Below are positions 28,445 to 39,718 of a stretch of 64,000 bases of DNA, piece after piece. The stretch's first letter is position 1. Each line of letters begins with the position of its first letter. The notes under the pieces were generated by a model. The model had not been told where the DNA came from and did not search any database. It saw only the letters and a list, made by a program, of their open reading frames with translations. The DNA is from Octopus sinensis (Eukaryota): the NCBI RefSeq assembly GCF_006345805.1, contig NC_043004.1:68448001-68512000 (forward strand), written 5' to 3'. Both the position numbers and the translations under genes were made by a program.

Positions 28445-29479
28445 AATATGGTTAGTAAACCAGAAATTCTTGAATTTTTTTTCTCAAATAATGCAGTAAT
28501 ATTATGGAGACATAAATATTTCGCCTATGTTTATCGCACCTGCATATTTTCAAACGTGGATCTATATTTCTCTCTTTAAATTGTTATGAATTTTATGCCT
28601 ACTTTTTACCTTTAATCTGATAAAAGTACTTTTCCTTTTTCTCAGAGTTATATTGTGACAGCGTTGTATGTGCACTTAACTATAAACGTATATTAATAAG
28701 TTTCTGCTTAACATTTCACATAACCAGGTTTGAAATGGGTACTTTGTTAATAATAGTTCTTATCAGTTACAGTCTAATCTCTTATTATAATATAGAATAA
28801 ATAGATTTCAATAAAAAAATTAAAGCCGCAATGTATTTCCTAATTTCACAAAGTAATGTGGAAAAAATACATTAATAATTATGCGTAATAGAAAACACCC
28901 GAAAAACAAATTGAATATAAAACAAATAAGATATTTATTCAATAATTTAGCCTCTCTTGTTTCTCCCTTGTCTGTTATTTTAAAGTTGAAATTCAATATA
29001 GAAATAAATGTTCGTTCCGTTCAGTGTTTGACACCAAATCTAAAGGAAGGTGCATTGCTATCGAGTGATTACAAGATATTATAGGCGTCTTCATAAACCT
29101 AAGATTACAATAGTGTGTCTCCTATGTATCATGACCTATATTGCTATTGAGACTTTATGCGCCAATCTATTGGTTTTCATATCACACTTTGAAAATTACC
29201 TATATTAACACTAAGAATATTAGCATTTACAGCAACTGCAATGGTGTAGAGAATAACATTTCAAATATTGAGATATTCCTCTGTGTCTCTTTAGATCTGG
29301 TAGTATGGAACCTGTTTATTTATTTGTAACAAAATAATAACTATATTTTCTGTTACACGCAAAAGAAGCTCCTATTTAACCGAATATATTGCAAACGTGA
29401 TTAGTTTTGCAATAGGAGTATGCGTAGACGGCCTTCCAATTCAAATTGATCTTACTCGTGGTGATATTATGCATATTAC

Positions 29480-29860
29480 ATTGTCAAAACTCTAGCGACA
29501 GTCACAAGAATAGAATTCCTCACTTAGACCATGGTTTGCGCTGTGCATTATTTTTGAAAAATTCAAGTGTGACCCAATAATTGCATACATGCAATGATTC
29601 TGCCGTTACTACTGTAGAGTTTCATCGCAGGCGTCTAAAACGGAGCCTTCTTAATAAATTACTCAAGAAAATACATAGGAAATGATCCACCATCACTCGA
29701 GCAAATTCAGTCCTCAACTTGTCCCATTTGCCAAAAAGTTTGCACTACACAAGCAGACCTCCTGATGAGACACATGAGACACATAGAACCATAGAACATG
29801 CTTACCACTCTATATTACTGAGCTCAATTGTCGTTCAAGACAAGAGAACGCATCTTTATA
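29480..29860 (+). mobile_element. RTE-like LINE 3' remnant with a C2H2-like finger
   Basis: STCPICQKVCTTQADLLMRHMRH at about 29713-29790. Confidence 0.5.
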
Positions 29861-30128
29861 CATATAAAATAAAAGGTAATTCCCCTTCTGGGAACTTTGC
29901 AGTAATTACTCCCCTTCTAGTAATGAGTAAGTAAGCGTGTATATTTATACTTGTGAACATGGATGTATGCATGTATTCACTTGTACTTGTGTGGATGTGT
30001 ATTTATGCTAATATACACTTTTTTATACACATGTATACGTAATTTTATTTTGTGTACGTTCGTTACACATATTCAGCCACCTATCTTTCTTTCTTTACCA
30101 CCATTTTTTACATTTATGTGCTTACTCC

Positions 30129-30181
<53 letters not shown>

Positions 30182-30186
<5 letters not shown>

Positions 30187-30300
30187 ATCCAAACATAAAA
30201 ACACAAAGAGAAAACACAACAACGCGAGGACGTGGAACAAGTATAGTATTATTGGACGCTCAGGAAAGAAGGAAAGAAGGAGGGTTTAACGTTTCGAGCG
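30182..30300 (-). mobile_element. Truncated PLE pseudo-LTR end with the 3' half of a hammerhead
   Basis: Minus strand reads gctc-GAAA-CG-TT-aaac then a pyrimidine-rich run into (TA)n. The 5' core half is missing. Confidence 0.4.
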
Positions 30301-31014
30301 ACATATATATAAATGGTGGGGGGGGGGGGTGCGGTGTTCATTGAAAAATGAAAAAGAGCTTAAAGTCCCATAAAAATGTATATTCCTTTCCACTTGTATA
30401 ATCAAGTCCCATATTCTGTGTAATTCCATGTTTTGCATGTACAAGCATTAAATATTTGTACAGTATTCATAAACTAGGAGAATAAAGTCAGAAAATGAAA
30501 AAATAATTCGCTAATATTTATAATTCAATCTATTCTCTATATCCATTTAATCAAACATCAAAAGTAAGTTTTGTATGTATATTGTATATTTAGCTGGAAG
30601 CCTCTATGTAGGATATAAATTATATAATAAAGCAGGGCCTGCTTAAATAAATTTTTTGAGTATCTTTCATCCTTTTGTAGGATCTATTTTTCTTTTACTT
30701 GCTTGCTTGGATAAGATAATTCAAAAGAGAACTAAGTTACAAACTTTAAAATATGTACTGGACATGCCGCTTCAGTACCTTCTTGACTGGCATGTATAGA
30801 AACGTTTTTATTGTACTTCCAGAACCAATAAACTAGCTATCATGCATAAACTTAGTTGCAAATATATTTGACTATTTTCTGTTATACTTCAAGATCCTCA
30901 CATTTAGCTCACTTTTTTTTCTTGATTACATATAAAAGAATCTCATATTTTCAATGGTATTTGAGCCAATTCTTTTGGTTTTCCATCTTGATCAAATTAT
31001 TTCGTAAAAGATGA

Positions 31015-31370
31015 AGACAGCGAGCTAGCACAACCGTTACCACGCCGGACAAAACGCTTGGTGGCATTTCTTCCGTCTTTACGTTCTGAGATCTAATTCT
31101 ACAGTTACTAATTTTAGCTTCCATCCTCTATCACCGTCCCACAAAATCTCAGGCCTTATACCTATAGCAGAAATAGTACACCGGAGGAAATGCTTAGAAG
31201 CATTTCGTCCATCTTTACGTTCTGTGATCAATTTACGTTGAGCTTGGGTTTGCCTTTCATTAATTTGGCGGGCTTTAAAATAACTTCCAGTCCAGTAGTG
31301 GGTCGATGAAATCGATTTCCCCTTCCTCTAAATATGTGTTGGCCCTGTGCCAACATTTAAAACCATTATC
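31015..31370 (+). mobile_element. Two tandem decayed family A SINE copies
   Basis: gcgagctagcac...tttacgttctg repeated at about 31020 and 31180. Confidence 0.65.
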
Positions 31371-31454
31371 TGATATCATTGATAAATGCAACCGGCCATT
31401 TAGGTATAGTACATAACGATTATATACCATTGGCTTTAAGATCAAATATATGGA

Positions 31455-31552
31455 TGGATCAGAACAGTTTGATTCAAAATCTTGATACTCTAAGTTTCAA
31501 GTGTGGCGCTAATCTTCGGCCATTGGATTTTGAATCAAACTGTTCTCATCCA
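31455..31552. repeat. Small hairpin: 27-bp inverted arms (1 mismatch) and a 44-nt spacer
   Basis: tggatcagaacagtttgattcaaaatc / gattttgaatcaaactgttctcatcca. Confidence 0.9.
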
Positions 31553-31629
31553 TACCACCAATGAATGTGTTGAGTGCCCTTCCTTCGTTTGTTTACTCAC
31601 TCCTATATATATATATATGTATATGTATA

Positions 31630-31996
31630 TGACTGTGTGGTAACTAGCTTGCTTACCAACCACATGGTTCCGGGTTCAGTCCCACTGCGTGGCACCTTGA
31701 GCAAGTGTCTTCTACTATAGCCTGGGCCAACCAAAGCCTTGTGAGTGGATTTGGTAGACGGAAACTGAAAGAATCCTGTCGTATATATGTGGGTGTTTGT
31801 GTCTGTGTTTGCCTCCCAGCATCGCTTGACAACCGATGCTGGTGTGTTTACGCCTCTGTCACTTAGCGGTTCGGCAAGAAAAACCGATAGAATAAGTACT
31901 AAGCTTACAAAGAATAAATCCTGGAGTCGATTTGCTCGACTAAAGGCGGTGCTCCAGCATGGCCGCAGTCAAATGACTGAAACAAATAAGAGAATA

Positions 31997-32000
<4 letters not shown>
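31630..32000 (+). mobile_element. SINE family B, well preserved
   Basis: B-box GGGTTCAGTCCC, ggcaccttgagcaagtgtctt core, tail ggcggtgctccagcatggccgcagtcaaatgactgaaac followed by AGAAT-like repeats. Confidence 0.9.
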
Positions 32001-32032
<32 letters not shown>

Positions 32033-32136
32033 GCATATATATATATATATGTATAAGGGTGAAAAGGAACACACGAGTTGATATATATGAAAAAACAAGT
32101 CAAAAATAGAAAATGCTAAAATAATTTTATAGTGAA

Positions 32137-32184
32137 CATTTCAGTACCGGTTTCGGTCATTTTGAGACCTTTTCAACTGTAACG
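32137..32184 (-). ncRNA. Minimal type I hammerhead ribozyme, U3-A8 core variant (sense to the PLE ORF)
   Basis: cgttacag-UUGAAAA-ggtc(tcaaaat)gacc-GAAA-CCGG-UA-ctgaaatg. Confidence 0.8.
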
Positions 32185-32914
32185 ATTAAATAATTAAATT
32201 TAGAAAAATTAGAAGAAAAGTTTTTTTAAAAGAATATTTCTATAGTAGTGTTCAGATTTAAGTGGCATTCTGCCTTTCTCTGACTCCCTTGTTTGCACTT
32301 GTGTGTTGGAGGTCGTTGTGAGTTCTTGGTAGGGTAGTAGAGGAAGAAGGCTGGTGAGGAAAGGGGGGTGGGAGAATCTGGGAGTGCCCTGATGGTCGTA
32401 TTTTGAATGGTCAGTGGCGGCTGGCAGTCTCAGTTCAATTCAGGAGAATATTTATATTGACAGGCTTGTTTATAGAATTAGCGTAGGTGTTATACTAAAA
32501 AACATTAGTGACAAAGTTAAGGGGTAGGGGGTGGAGAAGTAGAAGAAGAAGAAGGAGAAGGAGAAGGAGAAGGAGAAGGAGAAGGAGAAGGAGAAGGAGA
32601 AGGAGAAGATGATGGTGATGGTGGTGATGATTATGACGACGATGATGATGATAATGATGATGATGAAGAAGAAGAAGAAGAAGAAGGAGGAGAAGGAGAA
32701 GATGGTGGTGATGATGGTGGTGATGATGATGACGACGATGATGATGATAATGATGATGATGAAGAAGAAGAGGAAGAAGAAGAAGAAAAAAACAGAGAAG
32801 GGAGAATATGAATGGGTGTAAGTATAGCTATGAAGGGGCTGATTAGTAATGGATTCTATGGAGTGTAATATTTGTGTGTGTATATATATTTTTCTTTTAT
32901 TCTAAAGTTGAGGT

Positions 32915-33773
32915 ATATTAATTGTTTGTCGTAGACCCGTTAAGAAGTGGCTTGTATTTTGTAATAAAGAGATTTTCTTTACTTATTCGTTGTCTCGAGG
33001 TTGTATCGTCCCTAAATTGGTAGAGGGGGAAAATTCTGAAGTTTGGTGTTTTTTTTGTTGGCGCAAGTATCTATGTGTTGGCTAAAAGCTATTTTTCTGT
33101 TTTGGGGAATTTTTACCTGGGATCTGTGCAGGGCCATTCGTTTACGCAAACCATTTTTTGTTTGGCCTATGTACTGCTCTTGACACCCGGAGCAGGTTAG
33201 TGAGTATATTAGGTTCTCCGAAGCACATGTGAAGTTGCTTTTCACTGTAAACCGTTGTCCCTGTTTGAAGGAGAACTCTGATCCCTCAATTAGATAGTCG
33301 CATATCCCGCAATTGGGTCTTCCACATTTTTTTACTGTCGGCTTCTGTGTTGAAGAGTGAATTCGGGCTTGTGTAAGGAGACTTTTCATGGATCTAGGCT
33401 GTCTTTTGCTTTTTATGATCGTGTGTGTTTGGAGGATTGTGTTCATTCTGTGGTCTTTTTTTAGGAGGGGTATGTTGTGGAGGATGGTGTCGAAGGCTTC
33501 GTTATTGAGAGGGTTGTGTGTGGAGATGTATGGTAAGGCTTTTGGTTGTAAGTTTTTCTTTGATTTGGGATGTCTCAGTTCCTTGGTGTTAAGTTGAAGG
33601 GCACGTTGAATGCACTTGTCAATAAGTGAAGGTGGATAGTTCCTGGTGATTAGGGTATCTTTTAGTTCTTGTAGTCGTGTGTCTCTGGTGTTTGCGTTAG
33701 AGACTATAGTGCATATCCTTTTTGCTAGATTGAAGGGGATATTCATCCTGGTGTGTCTGGGGTGGCATGAATT
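32915..33773 (-). pseudogene. PLE polyprotein C-terminus (RT thumb, Cys linker, GIY-YIG endonuclease)
   Basis: SCHPRHTRMNIPFNLAKRIC, CGRPNCGIC, NLIYSLTCSGCQEQYIGQT...R...H. After a frameshift it continues to ...KYKPLLN. Confidence 0.92.
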
Positions 33774-33902
33774 GACCTCCAACACACAAGTGCAAACAAG
33801 GGAGTCAGAGAAAGGCAGAATGCCACTTAAATCTGAACACTACTATAGAAATATTCTTTTAAAAAAACTTTTCTTCTAATTTTTCAAAATTAATTATTTA
33901 AT

Positions 33903-33950
33903 CGTTACAGTTGAAAAGGTCTCAAAATGACCGAAACCGGTACTGAAATG
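33903..33950 (+). ncRNA. Minimal type I hammerhead ribozyme, U3-A8 variant (inverted pseudo-LTR copy)
   Basis: Same sequence as the reverse complement of 32137-32184. Predicted cleavage after GUA at 33942. Confidence 0.8.
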
Positions 33951-34079
33951 ATTGATGATTCCAGTTTCAGCTCATGAGCTGTGGCCATGCTGGGGCACAA
34001 AATTATTTTAGCATTTTCTATTTTTGACTTGTTTTTTCATATATATATATATATATAATATATATATATATACATATGC

Positions 34080-34125
<46 letters not shown>

Positions 34126-34129
34126 CATA

Positions 34130-34228
<99 letters not shown>

Positions 34229-34244
34229 GCATACATGTATTGGC

Positions 34245-34520
34245 ATATGAATTCGTGAGTTCGATTCCCGGCGGCGAGTTGTGTCGTTAAGCAAGACAAT
34301 TTATTTCACGTTGCTTCAGTTCACTCACCTGGTAAAAATGAGTTGTACCTGTGTTGTCCAACGTGCCAGCCTTATCAAATTCTGTGTCACGTTAAAACAT
34401 CCTTAGAACTACGATAAAGGTACGCATGTCGGTATAGCGCACGGTAATTTCACAAACAGTCTCTTCTGTTGATCAAATCGATTGGATCACTCGTCGTCGC
34501 AATCGACGAAATGCCAAGTC
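34245..34520 (+). mobile_element. Decayed SINE related to family C
   Basis: gagttcgattccc B-box; gaactacgataaaggtacgcatgtc matches the family C body. Confidence 0.7.
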
Positions 34521-34631
34521 AGCCAGAAGTCAAGTGCTTACGTTGCTGTAATTGATTTATTCCCTCTCTTCAAAATGTCTGACCTTCTATGAGAGTGAGA
34601 AAGAATATTATTCAGATATGGGTTGGAGGGT

Positions 34632-34888
34632 GGAGGTGCGTGGCTTAGTGGTTAGGGTGTCAGCATCACGATCGTAAGATTGTGGTTCTATTCCTGGACC
34701 GGGCGACGCGTTGTGTTTTTGAGCAAAACACTTCCTTTCACGTTGCTCCACTCCACTCAGGTGGCAAAAATGAGTAACGCTGCGATGGACTGGCGTCCAG
34801 TCCAGCTGGAGAACGCATACGCCATAGAAACCGGGAAACCGGGCCCATGAGCCTGGCTTTAAAAGGGCGCATTTATTTATTTATTTTT
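34632..34888 (+). mobile_element. tRNA-derived SINE, family D
   Basis: TGGCTTAGTGG A-box, GGTTCTATTCC B-box, ctgcgatggactggcgtcc body, (ATTT)n tail. Confidence 0.8.
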
Positions 34889-35879
34889 ATTGGTTGGAGA
34901 AGGGGTCAATGCCTTTTATATAAAATCGTAGGATTTACTCCGATGCTAGAATTTTGTTGTTTCTTTTTGCTGGTGTTGTTTTTTAACCCTAGGTCAATGC
35001 TTATCCTGCAAATAAGTTCAAGAATAAACCAGGGCTCTTATTCATGATTAGAGCAATTTCAGTTAACATCTATCACAATCGTTCCTGGTAAAATATTTAT
35101 ACATCAAAATATCATATTTCTCTGCAGGCAGACCTCGTTGTTTTGCCTGTTTTTAGTTCTATTTTTCCTACCCCCCCCCCTTCATAGCAAGCAATTATTA
35201 ACATGATATTATTTATGATGACAGATAATTTTGTTTTTATATACGGTGCTTGTTTTATGTATCATTTATGTTTATAAAAACTGATTAGTGTCATATGTGT
35301 GTTATAAAATGTAATTATATTACACTCTTTTCTGTTTGATTTCTCTTCATGTACCGATGTTGTTTGTCTCCCTTCACTTCGTTTCTTCTATTTATAATTT
35401 ACAATAGATTAAAAATGTACGCGTGTCTGGCGGTTATAAACTATGTTGCTTCCTCAATATATTTCCATTTGAACGAGACGAGGTTAATTTGTTCAAATAC
35501 ACATATATACATATATACTTTAGGACATCTATGTATATATATATATAGGGGGGGATGTGGCTGTGTGAGTGTGCATTTATATGTGTGTGTGTGTGTGTAC
35601 ACAATGCATACATACGTATACGTACATTTGCATAAATATATGTATTCATGTGTACATATCTGTGTTTATGGGGCGCTCTTGTGTGATTCATGTTAGAGAT
35701 TATACATACAAATATATGTGCGTGTGTGTGAGTGTGTGTGCATGTGTGTATGTATATATGTATGTACGTGTATCTGATCGGCCATTTATTTCTGTTTGTT
35801 TGTGTATGTGCATATCTTTACATACGTATCTAAAATGATATACGCACACATTAGTATGAACATATTTACATAGTACACA

Positions 35880-35937
<58 letters not shown>

Positions 35938-36534
35938 ACATATTTGTATATATGTGTGTATGTGTGCGTACATGTATGTGAGAAAGAGTGCGTGAGTGTG
36001 GATAAATGTATGATATATTATTTTAATAGACAGATATAAATTCACTATTTCTATTTACTACAAAATGTAGCAACTACCTTTGAACTGCATCCTTATTCTA
36101 TCGGTCAATACTGATATTTTAAATTTGTTTAAAATAGCAGTCGTATATATGCAGTATATAGTAAGTCCATTTATGGACGAGATGTTGTTCCAACTATTCC
36201 TTCATTACGGTCGTTTCAACATTAGATGGTTCAGTTATAAATATTAGTGATTGTGTATCATGTGATATTACACAAAACTCCTACGTGGTACACTGGCAGA
36301 ATCGTTAACACATCTAGCAAAATGCTAAAATTCAAATTTCGCTGATGTTAACTGATAAGATAAGTTGCAGCTAAGCACTGAAGTCGCTATAATTTACTAA
36401 CCCCAGCATCGCTGATCTTGAGCCGAAATTTGAAACCAATAATACACAACAATATATATATTTATGATATAGAAAGACTTTTACAGCTTCTGTATTTTTT
36501 CTCGTTTTATTTCTAATGTTCTTTTAGTCTTTTA

Positions 36535-37852
36535 TTCTTTTACTTGTTTCAGACTTTTGAATGCCTCCATGCTGGAGCACCACCTCTAGTCGAATAAATC
36601 GGCCCAGTACATATTATATCGGTTGCGTTTGCCGGACCGTTAATTTACGTAAACGCAACAGCATCGGTTGGCAAGCGATGGTGAGAGGAAAAAACACAGA
36701 CACACCAACATATACATACATATACGAGGTGTGTATGAAAAGTCATGAGCATCAAAAACACAAAACATCTTACAAGACTTCTGATGATTTATTTTTCAGC
36801 ATCGTCCCCCTCGATGGTTGAACGCTTTATCCAGCGGTGCTGAAGCGCCATTATCCCGCCATAGAAGATCTCTTTTGTTTGAGACTGCAAGAAACCTCCT
36901 ACAGAGCTTATGACGTCATTGTCACTGGAAAAATAGCGACCAACCAGTTTTTTTTCATTTTGGGGAATAGATGAAAGTCAGAGGAGGCAAAGTCTGGCGA
37001 ATAAGGCGAATGGGGAACAAGTTCGTATCCACAATCACGAATTGTTGCCATGGCACCAACTGAGGTGTGGGCGAGAATTTTGTTGCGATGAAAAACGTCT
37101 CCTCTGGTGAGCATTCCCGGCATTTTTTCTTTGATTGCTTCTCGGAGGCTTTTCAGCAGCTGAGAATAGTATAGCACTGTCACGGTGTGACCCTTTTCAA
37201 GAGAATCGATCAGCAAGACACCTTGACAATCCCAAAAAAACGGATGCCATGACCTTGCCAGCTGAAAGAATGACCCTAACCTTCTTTGGGGTAGGAGAAG
37301 ATGTGAGCTACCACTACTTTGATTATTCTTTGGTTTCAGGCTGGTAGCGTTGAGCCCAACTTTCGTCCTTAGTAATGAAACGAGCAAGAAAATTGTCTTC
37401 ATCGACTTCAAACAGTTCCGAGTTGCTTGTGGACAAAGCGCACCTGGTGCGTTTCTGTTCAGAAGTCAAAAGGCAGTTTCAGGCCTCCCTGGTCTGGGAT
37501 CATCTTCCGCACTCTCCCTGCTACGCTCGAATTCATTTACCCAGCGTTTAACTGTTGCATATGAAGGAGCATTGTCTGTTAAGTTTCTCACCATATCTTC
37601 ATGGATTTCTGATGAGTCGTGCCTTTCAAATGAAAGTACTTATGACAGCACGATACTCAGTTTTCTCCATTTTCCTTGTCACCTTGACACTTGTTTATTC
37701 AAACATCTGCAACAAAAAAAAATTTAAATATCAGAATCATGAAAATTAACAACAATACGACGAAAAGACTGTACTTACCTGAAAAAATTGTTTCAGCTAT
37801 ATAGCAGTCCCATTTCTGCGTTAGGCTCAAAACTTTTCATACACCCCTCATG

Positions 37853-37921
<69 letters not shown>

Positions 37922-38085
37922 CACATACGACATTCTTGCAGTTTCCGTCGACAAGATCCACTCACACTTTGGTCAGTCCGAGGCTGTAGTAGAATACACT
38001 TGACCAAGGTGTCAAGCAGTGGAACTGAACCCGAAACCATGTGGTTGGGAAGCAAGCTTCATACCGCGCAGTCACACCCGCGTCT
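36535..38085 (-). mobile_element. SINE family B split by a mariner insertion
   Basis: 3' half at 36535-36724 and 5' half at about 37851-38085, collinear with 6377-6787. Confidence 0.75.
36725..37850 (-). mobile_element. Mariner DNA transposon (irritans-like TIRs), internally deleted
   Basis: TIRs cgaggtgtgtatgaaaagt / acttttcatacacccctca; TA on the left flank, TG on the right. Motifs EDDPRPGRP, FFWDCQGVLLID and HSPYSPDFASSDFHLF. Confidence 0.92.
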
Positions 38086-38724
38086 TTTCCCTATTTTTCC
38101 TGTAATATTTTCTTATGAAATAGGCATAATATGTGAATCTGTTCGAGTGCTCGATCATATATATGTAACGCTGTCCAAGCGCATCCGAATATCGCAGGTT
38201 CCGTGCAGGAAACTTAATGTAGCGTACGATTAACTATTGTATTCATTAAACAATATTAAGAAACTGAGTGTGTTGTTTTTGCTGAGCCGATCAACAGGCA
38301 TATATTACACTATATGTGTGTGTATGTGCGTATGTACGTGAGAGTGGTTTTCCGAATGTGTGTGCGGGTGTGTATTCTCCTGTTTGTTTCAGTCGATGAA
38401 CCGCAGCCATACAGAAGCAACGACTGGAAGAAATGTAAATTTATTCAATCCACCATTGTACTCATTATGTTTGGCATATATTTTTCATCAACGTCTTGCT
38501 GAAATTTTAAGCTAGATTTCAGAAAAAAAACAACACTAGTTATCAAGCAGAGAGTATCAGTTACAAAAATACACACGTTAATTTTTCCCTGTCAACTTTT
38601 TCCTGGAGAAGAATTCAGTCCGTAACGTTGAACTTTTCTTGCCACAGCATGTTCTCTGTACATATTCTTTGAATTTACTAAATAATACAAGTGTTGTCGA
38701 AGCAGGTTGATGTTCTCGTTGGAG

Positions 38725-38796
<72 letters not shown>

Positions 38797-38811
38797 GTGT
38801 GTGTGTGGTGG

Positions 38812-38842
<31 letters not shown>

Positions 38843-38867
38843 TATATAATGTATATATGTATATATG

Positions 38868-38922
<55 letters not shown>

Positions 38923-38972
38923 CATATCGATAGATAGATAGATAGATAGATAGATATATAGATAGATAGATA

Positions 38973-39003
<31 letters not shown>

Positions 39004-39063
39004 TTGGCATGTACATACTCATATATGTATATATATGTATATATATATATGTATATTAGTAAA

Positions 39064-39680
39064 AGGATACGCTGTGTATATCTACCTGGTGGAGATAACA
39101 GTCAAAATTCTTATTTAAACCGCCGACAAAAAGACACTGATAATAACTACAGAAATCAAGCGTCTATGAGTATATGTGTTACGAAAATCATCCCACATAC
39201 CAGTATGGCATCCAGCTATATATTTGTTTAGTATTTGGACTCAAGTGAACCGGTTTCTAGACTGCAACTGATTCGTTTTGTGCCAAATCATAGCATTTTC
39301 ACTGTGAAAAAATAATTATAATAGGGAGCAAATAATTCAGCAGAAAATATTTGCGAAAATACCATTAAGTCTATTATTATCTACGAGAGAAAAAACTTAA
39401 ATTGATAATAACAGTATTAATAATGTAGGCGATAGCAGGCGCCAAAGAGCATTAAATAGCCGAAGGATTAACATCTATATTAATCATAGGACATATTGAG
39501 TATGTCTACCTGCTGGAAATAGCAGTCGAGACTCTTATTTAAACCACCGAAAAAGATGACACTGATATTCATTGCAGCTATTTAATATTTTGGGGTGGGG
39601 TCTGCAATCGCCTATATTATTAATTCTGTTATTATCAATTAATTATTTTATCCTAGATAATAATAGAGTTAGTGGTATTA
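39064..39680. repeat. Combined direct and inverted repeat block
   Basis: 39358-39460 is inverted at 39577-39680; the spacer 39488-39580 repeats 39064-39155. Confidence 0.8.
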
Positions 39681-39683
39681 TAC

Positions 39684-39718
<35 letters not shown>

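Larger units (their letters stand above)
32082..34040 (-). mobile_element. Penelope/Poseidon-type PLE, 5'-truncated, with an inverted pseudo-LTR copy
   Basis: 32082-32314 and 33774-34040 are near-identical reverse complements around a GIY-YIG ORF. Both ends run into (TA)n. Confidence 0.92.

Noticed and set aside
29762-29800. CTGATGAG as a hammerhead core
   Set aside because: No stem II or GAAA; it is coding sequence (LMRH) of an RTE-like zinc finger.
37609-37645. CTGATGA...GAAAGTAC as a hammerhead
   Set aside because: Stems I and II do not pair, and it is antisense to mariner coding sequence.
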